Below, piece after piece: positions 1 to 7,300 of a stretch of DNA of 20,000 nucleotides; positions within the stretch are counted from its first letter, which is position 1; each line of letters starts with the position of its first letter. Both the position numbers and the translations under genes were made by a program. Source of the stretch: an uncultured virus (IMG/VR IMGVR_UViG_3300021962_000075) (Duplodnaviria > Heunggongvirae > Uroviricota > Caudoviricetes); IMG/VR virus record IMGVR_UViG_3300021962_000075, one strand, 5' to 3'. A model generated the notes under the pieces. The model searched no databases, was not told where the DNA came from, and saw nothing but the letters and a program-made list of their open reading frames with translations.

Positions 1-1
1 G

Positions 2-76
2 GGTTCAAATGACTCAATTGAAGAATTCACTTGTACGTTTGCATACCAATTCTGGGAAACAGACACAACATCTTGA
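2..76 (+). CDS. gp19: Tail tube protein, C-terminal fragment (5' truncated by window edge)
   Basis: The frame from base 2 reads GSNDSIEEFTCTFAYQFWETDTTS*. This matches the T4-like tail tube C-terminal pattern (N.IEEF..TF.Y..W), and it lies directly upstream of the portal gene as in T4. Confidence 0.85.
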   Translation, partial: GSNDSIEEFTCTFAYQFWETDTTS

Positions 77-83
77 TATATGA

Positions 84-115
84 GGGAGGCCCGTTAGGGT
101 CTCCCATGTTTTTTT
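84..115 (+). terminator. Rho-independent terminator after gp19
   Basis: GGGAGGCCC-GTTA-GGGTCTCCC forms a 9-bp stem with one G-U pair (84..105), followed by ATGTTTTTTT. Confidence 0.8.
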
Positions 116-120
116 GATTT

Positions 121-128
121 TATAATTA
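121..128 (+). promoter_or_regulatory. Possible variant late promoter for gp20
   Basis: TATAATTA, one mismatch to the T4 late consensus TATAAATA, lies between the terminator and the gp20 ATG. Confidence 0.35.
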
Positions 129-137
129 CACACAAAT

Positions 138-1889
138 ATGGCAAATAACACAAATAAATTTTCATTGTTCGGTTTTACTATTTCTCGTCAGAAGGATGAG
201 GAAGATGCAATCGTCCAACAATCATTTGCACCACCAACGCAAGACGATGGGGCATTAACTATTACATCTGCCGCTTATTACGGCACATACGTTGACCTTG
301 ACGGTACCGCAAAGAATGAGGTGGAACTTATTTCTCGTTACCGTGAAATGGCAATGCAACCTGAAATAGAATCTGCAATAGATGATATAGTTAATGAAGC
401 CATTGTGCAAGACGATGATGGTAAAATAACACAAATCATTTTGGATGATTTGAAAGTAAATGACAAAATCAAAAAAGCCATCAAAGAAGAATTCAATACC
501 GTTTTACGTATGTTGGATTATAGAAAAATGGCCCAAGATATTTTCCGCCGTTACTATGTTGATGGTAGAATGTATTATCACATCATTATTGACCGTGAGA
601 ATCCACAAGAAGGTATCAAAGAACTTCGTTACATAGACCCACGTAGATTACGTAAGGTCCGTGAAATGAAGAAACAAAAGGATGAAAGAACTGGTGCAGA
701 TATTATGCAACCAGTCAACGAATACTATATCTACAACGACAAAGTTGTTAGTGGTAGTGCATCCAATTTTGGTCCTGTTGGTGTTCGTATTACAACAGAC
801 TCTATTATTTCGGTGGTATCGGGCCTTATGGACTCCCGCCGTGCCGTGGTGTTATCATATCTACACAAAGCAATCAAGCCTCTTAATCAATTAAGGATGA
901 TTGAAGATGCAACTGTTATCTATCGTATTTCACGTGCTCCTGAGCGCCGCATTTTTTATATTGACGTTGGTAATTTGCCTAAGTTAAAAGCAGAACAATA
1001 CCTACGTGATATCATGGTCAAGTATAAAAACAAACTTGTGTATGATGCGAACACAGGTGAAGTGCGTGATGACCGTAAGTTCATGTCTATGATGGAAGAC
1101 TTTTGGTTACCACGTAGAGAAGGTGGCAAAGGCACAGAGATTACTACACTACCAGGTGGACAAAACCTAGGTGAGTTGGAAGACGTTAAATACTTTCAAA
1201 AGAAACTGTATGGTGCCTTGTGTGTTCCAATCTCCAGGTTAGAACCTAATCAAGGATTCTCACTTGGTCGTTCATCAGAAATTACACGTGATGAATTGAA
1301 GTTCTCTAAGTTTGTGGACAGACTAAGAAACAAATTCTCCGATGTATTCAACCAAGCCTTGCGTGTACAGTGTGTACTAAAAGGTATCTGTACAGATGAA
1401 GAATGGGAATTGTTTAGAGAAAACATTCATTATGATTTCATCAAAGATAATAATTTCTCCGAATTAAAAGAAGCGGAATTAATTTCACAACGATTATCTC
1501 TACTTCAATCGGTTGATCCATATACTGGTCGTTACTTCTCACAAAAATGGATTCAACAAAATGTGTTGCGTCTAACAGATGATGAGATTGCTGAAATGGA
1601 TTCAGAGATTGAAAAAGAAAAAGAAATGGGTCTTGGATTACCAGTCTCAGTAACAAATGATGTTGCACAACAACAAATGATGGGACAAGTTCAGACCGAC
1701 CAAATGGTACAACAATCAGAATTAATGCCTGATAATGCACCGACTGGTGGTTCCAGTTCTGGTGGTGATACTTCATCATCAAAAAGTAAACCAAAAGAAA
1801 AAAGTTCCAGTGGATCAAAATCAGTTAAAGGTGACCTCAGCTTAGAAGAAGTTGAAACAACGTTTACTAGATTAAAACGTATTTTATAA
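138..1889 (+). CDS. gp20: Portal vertex protein
   Basis: Contains T4 gp20 motifs YLHKAIKPLNQLRMIEDATVIYRISRAPERRIFYIDVGNLPK, EDFWLPRREGGKGTEITTLPGGQNLGE and EITRDELKFSKFV. Confidence 0.97.
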   Translation: MANNTNKFSLFGFTISRQKDEEDAIVQQSFAPPTQDDGALTITSAAYYGTYVDLDGTAKNEVELISRYREMAMQPEIESAIDDIVNEAIVQDDDGKITQIILDDLKVNDKIKKAIKEEFNTVLRMLDYRKMAQDIFRRYYVDGRMYYHIIIDRENPQEGIKELRYIDPRRLRKVREMKKQKDERTGADIMQPVNEYYIYNDKVVSGSASNFGPVGVRITTDSIISVVSGLMDSRRAVVLSYLHKAIKPLNQLRMIEDATVIYRISRAPERRIFYIDVGNLPKLKAEQYLRDIMVKYKNKLVYDANTGEVRDDRKFMSMMEDFWLPRREGGKGTEITTLPGGQNLGELEDVKYFQKKLYGALCVPISRLEPNQGFSLGRSSEITRDELKFSKFVDRLRNKFSDVFNQALRVQCVLKGICTDEEWELFRENIHYDFIKDNNFSELKEAELISQRLSLLQSVDPYTGRYFSQKWIQQNVLRLTDDEIAEMDSEIEKEKEMGLGLPVSVTNDVAQQQMMGQVQTDQMVQQSELMPDNAPTGGSSSGGDTSSSKSKPKEKSSSGSKSVKGDLSLEEVETTFTRLKRIL

Positions 1890-1902
1890 TTAGGAGATAA
1901 AA

Positions 1903-2115
1903 ATGCCAACAGCAAGAGAAATCATAGATTATGCAGAAACAGACAATGCGGTTGAAATGCGTGATGCATTATATGCTGCACTACATGATAGAGTTATGTC
2001 TCATATCGAAACACATAAAGCAGAAGTTGCAAAACAACTGATGAATCCAGAAGGTGCAACCGCTGAAGATGAAGTTGTGTATGCATCAGAACCTGCCGCA
2101 ACAGAAGCAGAATAA
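1903..2115 (+). CDS. Small acidic prohead core protein (gp67-like by position)
   Basis: 70 aa, helical with an acidic C-terminus, and preceded by an AGGAG SD. It sits immediately after the portal gene, where T4 has gp67. Confidence 0.6.
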   Translation: MPTAREIIDYAETDNAVEMRDALYAALHDRVMSHIETHKAEVAKQLMNPEGATAEDEVVYASEPAATEAE

Positions 2116-2127
2116 TTTTGACACTGG

Positions 2128-2135
2128 TATAAATA
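2128..2135 (+). promoter_or_regulatory. T4-type late promoter (gp55-dependent)
   Basis: Exact TATAAATA in the intergenic region, 26 nt before the ATG at 2162. Confidence 0.85.
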
Positions 2136-2161
2136 TTATTCAAACATAACAGGAATTACAA

Positions 2162-2683
2162 ATGTCAAATTCATTTACATATCAAGTAATAAAGGATACC
2201 ACAGAACATACAGTTATTAAATTAACCGGTTCTTTTGATGGTACAGGCCAAGAAGCCAATGCTGTTCGTATTCAAGCAAATACACTATACGGTGCAATGG
2301 ATACTTCTAAAGGTAACTTACTTTCTTCTAGTGCAAATACAGGTGCATTAGATTTTTACGGTTTATCTGTATATCGTTTATGGTATGACTGTGCATCTGG
2401 TGGTGACGTAACACTTTCTTGGAACGCAGCAACACCATTGCCTATATTTGTAATGAATGGTAACGGTGAATATGATTCTGCTGGTAACTGGGTAACAATA
2501 CCAAACAACGCAAAAGGTACCACCGGATGCAAAGGTGATATTGCTGTTACAACTAGAGGTATGGCAGCAAATGATAGTTACACAATGATTTTGGAATTAC
2601 GTAAAGACAACGAACATTATCAACGTGGTCATTTGAGTGATCCAGCTGCGTTTAACTATGGCCCATATGCCATGAAACCATAA
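2162..2683 (+). CDS. Uncharacterised late protein, probably virion-associated (beta-rich)
   Basis: 173 aa, Gly/Asn/Thr-rich with predicted beta strands. It has its own late promoter and an AGGA SD, and sits in the head gene cluster. Confidence 0.6.
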   Translation: MSNSFTYQVIKDTTEHTVIKLTGSFDGTGQEANAVRIQANTLYGAMDTSKGNLLSSSANTGALDFYGLSVYRLWYDCASGGDVTLSWNAATPLPIFVMNGNGEYDSAGNWVTIPNNAKGTTGCKGDIAVTTRGMAANDSYTMILELRKDNEHYQRGHLSDPAAFNYGPYAMKP

Positions 2684-2693
2684 GGTAACAATA

Positions 2694-3338
2694 ATGAAAC
2701 TCATACGAGAACTTACCGAATCGGTACAATACTTAACGGAAGAAAAAGATGGAAAGAAAACACTTTACATCGAAGGTCCGTTTCTAGTAGCAGAAGCAGT
2801 TAACAAAAACAAACGCATGTACAAAGAAGAAACAATGCGTAATGAAGTTAACCGTTACAACGAAGAATACATTTCTAAAAATCGTGCCTTTGGTGAACTG
2901 GGACATCCAGACACCCCATCCATTAATCTTGACCGTGTATCACACTTAATTGTTGGTCTGCGTCAAGAAGGAAATGCTTGGATAGGCAAAGCAAAAATTC
3001 TTGAAACCCCTATGGGTAACATTGCAAGAAATCTTATTGAAGGTGGGGCACAACTTGGTGTATCATCTAGAGGTATGGGTTCTCTTAAAATGGAAAACGG
3101 CATCAATGTCGTTCAAGGAGACTTTCATCTGGCCACAGCGGCAGATATTGTAGCAGACCCTTCTGCACCTGGTGCTTTTGTGCAAGGTATTATGGAAGGT
3201 AAGGAATGGATGTTAGTTAATGGTATCTGGACAGAACAACATTACGATGTTGCTAAACAGGAAATCAAACAAGCATCAAGCAAAGATATTGAAGCAGTAA
3301 GCTTAAAAATCTTTGAAAACTTCCTTAAAAAACTTTAA
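2694..3338 (+). CDS. gp21: Prohead protease
   Basis: Contains the motifs KNKRMY, AFGELGHP, INLDRVSH, GVSSRGMGSL (catalytic Ser) and ADIVADPSAPGAFV. Confidence 0.96.
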   Translation: MKLIRELTESVQYLTEEKDGKKTLYIEGPFLVAEAVNKNKRMYKEETMRNEVNRYNEEYISKNRAFGELGHPDTPSINLDRVSHLIVGLRQEGNAWIGKAKILETPMGNIARNLIEGGAQLGVSSRGMGSLKMENGINVVQGDFHLATAADIVADPSAPGAFVQGIMEGKEWMLVNGIWTEQHYDVAKQEIKQASSKDIEAVSLKIFENFLKKL

Positions 3339-3339
3339 A

Positions 3340-3347
3340 TATAAATA
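3340..3347 (+). promoter_or_regulatory. T4-type late promoter for gp22
   Basis: Exact TATAAATA, followed by a near-copy TATAAATC at 3353..3360 and an AAGGAG SD. Confidence 0.85.
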
Positions 3348-3375
3348 TCCAATATAAATCAAGGAGATTCTCAAA

Positions 3376-4638
3376 ATGGGAAAATTTAATCTGACAGACG
3401 CCGCTAAAGCAATTCTAACAGAAGGTGCAAAAGAAAATTTTGAAGCTTCTGTAAGCCGTGGCCACAAAGACGGTCCTTCAAAGTTGCCTACATCTGTTGC
3501 TTATGGCACTAAAGATGTTGGTGAAGTTGCAGGCGAAATCAAGAAGCAAGACGATGAGACTGGTGACTACACAAAAGGTACACCAACAGCAACACCTCCA
3601 GGTGCAACACCACCAGTTGGTTCACAACCTGCACAGAAGTTGTCTGGTCCTGCTGACTCACAAGGTTCTGAACACAAAGCTGTTCAAGCTGCAGCAACTG
3701 ATTACAACGCAATTCGTGACCGTATCAAAGCTAAACTTGCTCCACAAATGATGCAAGCAAATCCAGGTGCAACATTCCAATCTTATGCTGAAGAAGCAGA
3801 AGAAGAATCTGATGATGTTGTTGCTGAAGAAAAAGAAGGTCATGAAGACTCAGCCGAAGACAAAAAAATGATTAAGGCCATGATGAAGAAACAAAAGATG
3901 AAAGAACAAATGGACCAAGACGTAGGTGCATTGCTTTCAGGTGAAGACCTTTCAGAAGAATTCAAATCAAAAGCTACTACAATTTTCGAATCTGCCGTTG
4001 TTGCTCGTTCACAATCTATCATGGAAGAAGTTGAAGAAGCATTGTACGAAGAATTCGAAGTTGCTGTTGAAGCAGTTAAAGAAGATTTGGCTAAGAAGTT
4101 GGATGACTACATCAACTACATGGCTGAAGAATGGTTCAAAGAAAACCAATTGGCAATCGAAAAAGGTCTACGTGCCGAAATCGTTGAAGATTTCATCCGT
4201 GGTCTAAAAGGTCTATTCGAAGAACACTATATTGACATTCCAGAAGAAAAAGTGGATGTTGTGGAAGAATTGACAACTAAGGTTGAAGAATTGGAATCTT
4301 CTATCAACGAAGAAATTTCACGTAACGTTGAAATGAAGAAACAAATTAACGAGTTTAAAAAGAATGAGGCTATACATGCAGTATGTGAAGGCCTAACGCA
4401 GACACAAGTAGAGAAACTTAAATCACTCGCAGAGAGCGTTGAGTTTACTACTGAAGAAGAATTTGGTCGCAAACTAGAAACATTGGTAGATTCATACTTC
4501 CAACAATCAGTTAAAGCACCAGTTAGTTCTGCCCTGAACGAAGCTGTTGAAGTTGAGGACGAAAAAGCACCATCGGCTGCTGTTGATCCTGCAATTGCAC
4601 AGTACGCACAAATCATCTCTAAATCATTGGTTAAATAA
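3376..4638 (+). CDS. gp22: Prohead core scaffolding protein
   Basis: Acidic coiled-coil protein with LSEEFKSKATTIFESAV, LDDYINYMAEEWFKENQLAIEKGLRAEI and LFEEHYIDIPEEKVDVV. It lies between the protease and major capsid genes. Confidence 0.93.
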   Translation: MGKFNLTDAAKAILTEGAKENFEASVSRGHKDGPSKLPTSVAYGTKDVGEVAGEIKKQDDETGDYTKGTPTATPPGATPPVGSQPAQKLSGPADSQGSEHKAVQAAATDYNAIRDRIKAKLAPQMMQANPGATFQSYAEEAEEESDDVVAEEKEGHEDSAEDKKMIKAMMKKQKMKEQMDQDVGALLSGEDLSEEFKSKATTIFESAVVARSQSIMEEVEEALYEEFEVAVEAVKEDLAKKLDDYINYMAEEWFKENQLAIEKGLRAEIVEDFIRGLKGLFEEHYIDIPEEKVDVVEELTTKVEELESSINEEISRNVEMKKQINEFKKNEAIHAVCEGLTQTQVEKLKSLAESVEFTTEEEFGRKLETLVDSYFQQSVKAPVSSALNEAVEVEDEKAPSAAVDPAIAQYAQIISKSLVK

Positions 4639-4641
4639 ATA
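4634..4641 (+). promoter_or_regulatory. Probable late promoter for gp23
   Basis: AATAAATA overlapping the gp22 stop codon, upstream of an AAGGAG SD and the gp23 ATG. Confidence 0.55.
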
Positions 4642-4678
4642 AAATTTACCAACAAAAGATACTTACAAGGAGACACTC

Positions 4679-6025
4679 ATGTATCTAACAGAAGAACTAC
4701 AAAAGAAATGGGCACCAGTGCTTGAGCACGAAGGCCTAGAGTCTATCAAAGACCCATACAAGAAAGCTGTTACAGCACTTGTTTTGGAAAACCAACAACG
4801 TGAAATGGCTGCTGCTGCACAACAGTTGAATGAAACTGCTGTTTCTGCTGCACCAACAAACGTTACAGGTTCTGGCATTTCTAACTACGATCCAATCTTG
4901 ATTAGCTTGGTTCGCCGTGCATTGCCTAACTTGATTGCTTATGACGTTGCTGGCGTTCAGCCAATGACAGGACCTACAGGTCTTATCTTCGCAATGCGTG
5001 CTCGTTACGACACACAATCAGGTGGTCCATCAAATACAAACGAAGCATTCTTCAACGAAGCAAATACAGAATTCTCTGGTGCATTGTCTACATCTAACCC
5101 ATACGGTTTTCGTGGTAACAACGCAACTGACATCCGTACAAGCCCTGTTCAAGACTTGACTGCTAACCACTATACAACTGGTATCGCAATGACTACAGCA
5201 ACTGCTGAAGCTTTGGGTGCTGATACAGATAGTCCTTTCAAACAAATGGCATTCTCAATTGAGAAAGTTACTGTTACTGCACAATCACGTGCTTTGAAGG
5301 CTGAATACTCTCTAGAACTTGCACAAGACTTGAAGGCAATTCATGGCTTGGACGCAGAAACAGAGTTGTCAAACATCCTTTCTACAGAAATTTTGTCTGA
5401 AATCAACCGTGAAGTTATCCGTACAATCTATACAACTGCTGTTGCAGGTGCTCAATATGGTACCACAACTGCTGGTGCATTTGACTTGGACACAGACTCT
5501 AACGGTCGTTGGTCAGTTGAACGTTTCAAAGGTTTGATTTTCCAAATCGAACGTGATGCTAACGTTATTGCAAAACAAACTCGTAGAGGTAAAGGTAACG
5601 TGATGATTGTATCATCTGACGTTGCTTCCGCTATGGCTATGGCTGGTGTTCTACAGTACACTCCTGCATTGTCTGCTGACTTGCAAGTTGATGACACTGG
5701 TAACACATTTGCTGGTATGTTGCACGGTCGTATCAAGGTCTACATCGACCCATACTTCGGTGGTTACACATCTAACCAAGAATTGGTTACAATCGGTTAT
5801 AAGGGTTCTTCTCCTTATGACGCTGGTCTATTCTACTGCCCATACGTTCCTCTACAAATGGTTCGTGCAGTTGACCAGTACACATTCCAACCAAAGATTG
5901 GTTTCAAGACTCGTTACGGCATGGTTGCAAACCCATTCGCAAACGGTCTTGCATCTGGCAACGGTGCATTGAACCCACGTACAAACGTGTACTACCGTAT
6001 CTTCCAAGTTAAAAACTTGATGTAA
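4679..6025 (+). CDS. gp23: Major capsid protein
   Basis: Contains GVQPMTGPTGLIFAMRARY, SRALKAEYSLELAQDLKAIHGLDAETELSNILSTEI and FQPKIGFKTRYGMVANPF. Confidence 0.98.
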   Translation: MYLTEELQKKWAPVLEHEGLESIKDPYKKAVTALVLENQQREMAAAAQQLNETAVSAAPTNVTGSGISNYDPILISLVRRALPNLIAYDVAGVQPMTGPTGLIFAMRARYDTQSGGPSNTNEAFFNEANTEFSGALSTSNPYGFRGNNATDIRTSPVQDLTANHYTTGIAMTTATAEALGADTDSPFKQMAFSIEKVTVTAQSRALKAEYSLELAQDLKAIHGLDAETELSNILSTEILSEINREVIRTIYTTAVAGAQYGTTTAGAFDLDTDSNGRWSVERFKGLIFQIERDANVIAKQTRRGKGNVMIVSSDVASAMAMAGVLQYTPALSADLQVDDTGNTFAGMLHGRIKVYIDPYFGGYTSNQELVTIGYKGSSPYDAGLFYCPYVPLQMVRAVDQYTFQPKIGFKTRYGMVANPFANGLASGNGALNPRTNVYYRIFQVKNLM

Positions 6026-6054
6026 GATAAAAAGTCACCGCAGAGTGATATTTT

Positions 6055-6082
6055 AAGACCACCTTCGGGTGGTCTTTTTTTT
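6055..6082 (+). terminator. Rho-independent terminator with cUUCGg tetraloop after gp23
   Basis: AAGACCACC-TTCG-GGTGGTCTT followed by a T-run, the classic T4-type terminator. Confidence 0.92.
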
Positions 6083-6086
6083 GGCT

Positions 6087-6094
6087 CCTAAATA
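6087..6094 (+). promoter_or_regulatory. Probable late promoter variant for gp3
   Basis: CCTAAATA (TAAATA core) right after the terminator and upstream of a GAGGAG SD. Confidence 0.5.
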
Positions 6095-6111
6095 CTGATA
6101 GAGGAGATAAA

Positions 6112-6624
6112 ATGACAGCACTAAACAGAAGTCCTGAAAATACAAACCTATTACAACCAACAAAGTTTTTGTTGACATTTGACAGAATTAGAACCACACA
6201 ATATTTCTGCCAAACAGTTAATCTTCCTGGTGTAAGTTTGGGTGAAGTAAGTAGGGCAACACCATTCTTGGATATGTTTTCACCTGGCACTAAACTAACA
6301 TACGATCCATTGGTCGTAGAGTTTATATTGGATGAAGAATTGCAAGGATGGAAAAATTTGTATGATTGGTTCTTGTCTATGGCTGATCCAAATGGTTTTG
6401 AAAAACGTGACGGTAGTAGAGAACTACAAATGAATAAACATTTTTCGGATGCTACTTTAACTGTGTTGAGTGGATTAAATAATCCTTTGTTGAGAATACA
6501 ATATGTTAACGTATTTCCATTGAGTATTGGAGATATTAGATTTGATACCACACAATCTGCGGATACAATATTGACCGCAACGGCAACATTTAGATATCAA
6601 TCATATACATACTTGACAGTTTAA
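6112..6624 (+). CDS. gp3: Tail tube terminator / tail completion protein
   Basis: Contains NLLQPTKF, QYFCQTVNLPGVSLG, PGTKLTYDPLVVEFILDEEL..W..LYDW and SDATLTVL, typical of T4 gp3-like proteins. Confidence 0.85.
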   Translation: MTALNRSPENTNLLQPTKFLLTFDRIRTTQYFCQTVNLPGVSLGEVSRATPFLDMFSPGTKLTYDPLVVEFILDEELQGWKNLYDWFLSMADPNGFEKRDGSRELQMNKHFSDATLTVLSGLNNPLLRIQYVNVFPLSIGDIRFDTTQSADTILTATATFRYQSYTYLTV

Positions 6625-6641
6625 TCATTTTGTGTTATAAT
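6613..6641 (+). promoter_or_regulatory. Consensus sigma70 (early) promoter for uvsY
   Basis: TTGACA (6613-6618), a 17-nt spacer and TATAAT (6636-6641), with an extended -10 TG. Confidence 0.9.
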
Positions 6642-6664
6642 GTTTTGAATAGATAGAATGACAT

Positions 6665-6677
6665 TAAGTTGTTGATT
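6665..6677 (-). promoter_or_regulatory. IHF-consensus site in uvsY leader
   Basis: The minus strand reads AATCAACAACTTA, matching WATCAANNNNTTR, with an AT-rich flank. Confidence 0.45.
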
Positions 6678-6708
6678 CTAAAGAATAATTTGATATATTT
6701 GAATAGAT

Positions 6709-7143
6709 ATGGAAACACTTGAACAAGTTTTAAAAATGTGGGAATCGGATGCGGTTATAGACCAAACCGAGCCATCTAAAGAACTACTAAACATTCCCAA
6801 ATATCATAGTAAGTATCTTGGCATTCTTACTAAACATAAAATTGCATCAAAGAAAGCACACTTTGATTATCTACGTATGCGTAAAGTAAAATGGGAATAC
6901 TTTACTGGCAAAATGTCCGAAGAAGAATTGGAACAATACGGTTGGGAACCATTCCAGTTTGCACTCAAATCGGATATCAATACTTACCTAGAAGCAGACA
7001 AAGACCTTATCAAGTTGCTTGAGAAGAAGGTCTACCACGAAGAAGTTATTTCTGTAATCGAATCCGTGTTAGCAGAACTTAAACAAAGAACGTGGCAGTT
7101 AAGAGATTTTATTTCTTGGGAGAAATTCGTTGCCGGACAATAA
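6709..7143 (+). CDS. uvsY: Recombination mediator UvsY
   Basis: Contains W..D..ID, IPKYHSKYL and LKSDINTYLEADKDL, and ends in RTWQLRDFISWEKF.AG. It lies upstream of uvsW. Confidence 0.9.
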   Translation: METLEQVLKMWESDAVIDQTEPSKELLNIPKYHSKYLGILTKHKIASKKAHFDYLRMRKVKWEYFTGKMSEEELEQYGWEPFQFALKSDINTYLEADKDLIKLLEKKVYHEEVISVIESVLAELKQRTWQLRDFISWEKFVAGQ

Positions 7144-7300
7144 TATACTATCAATTTCAATTGATACATTAAACCTTTTTTCTTTTATGGTTGGCATGTT
7201 TTTTGCTGCAACCATGTGGAGAACTAGGGCTTTATATTATGTCGTTTTTTATTTTGTGTGTTTGGCATTATATTACGGTTTGAGATATCATTATGGTTGA
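7130..7300 (+). CDS. Small hydrophobic (two-TM) membrane protein, TTG start; absent from ORF track
   Basis: 56 aa: MPDNNILSISIDTLNLFSFMVGMFFAATMWRTRALYYVVFYFVCLALYYGLRYHYG. GGGAG lies 7 nt before the TTG. The ORF overlaps both the uvsY stop and the uvsW start, filling the gap exactly. Confidence 0.65.
   Translation: MPDNNILSISIDTLNLFSFMVGMFFAATMWRTRALYYVVFYFVCLALYYGLRYHYG

Noticed and set aside
1441..5972. Many alternative-frame and minus-strand ORFs within gp20-gp23
   Set aside because: They are expected shadows of strongly biased coding sequence, with no SD, promoter or protein motifs.
6035..6048. Small hairpin TCAC-CGCAGA-GTGA after gp23
   Set aside because: It has only a 4-bp stem, and the adjacent UUCG hairpin already explains termination.
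6009..6551. 180-aa minus-strand ORF
   Set aside because: It is the antisense shadow of gp3, crosses a terminator, and has no recognisable motifs.
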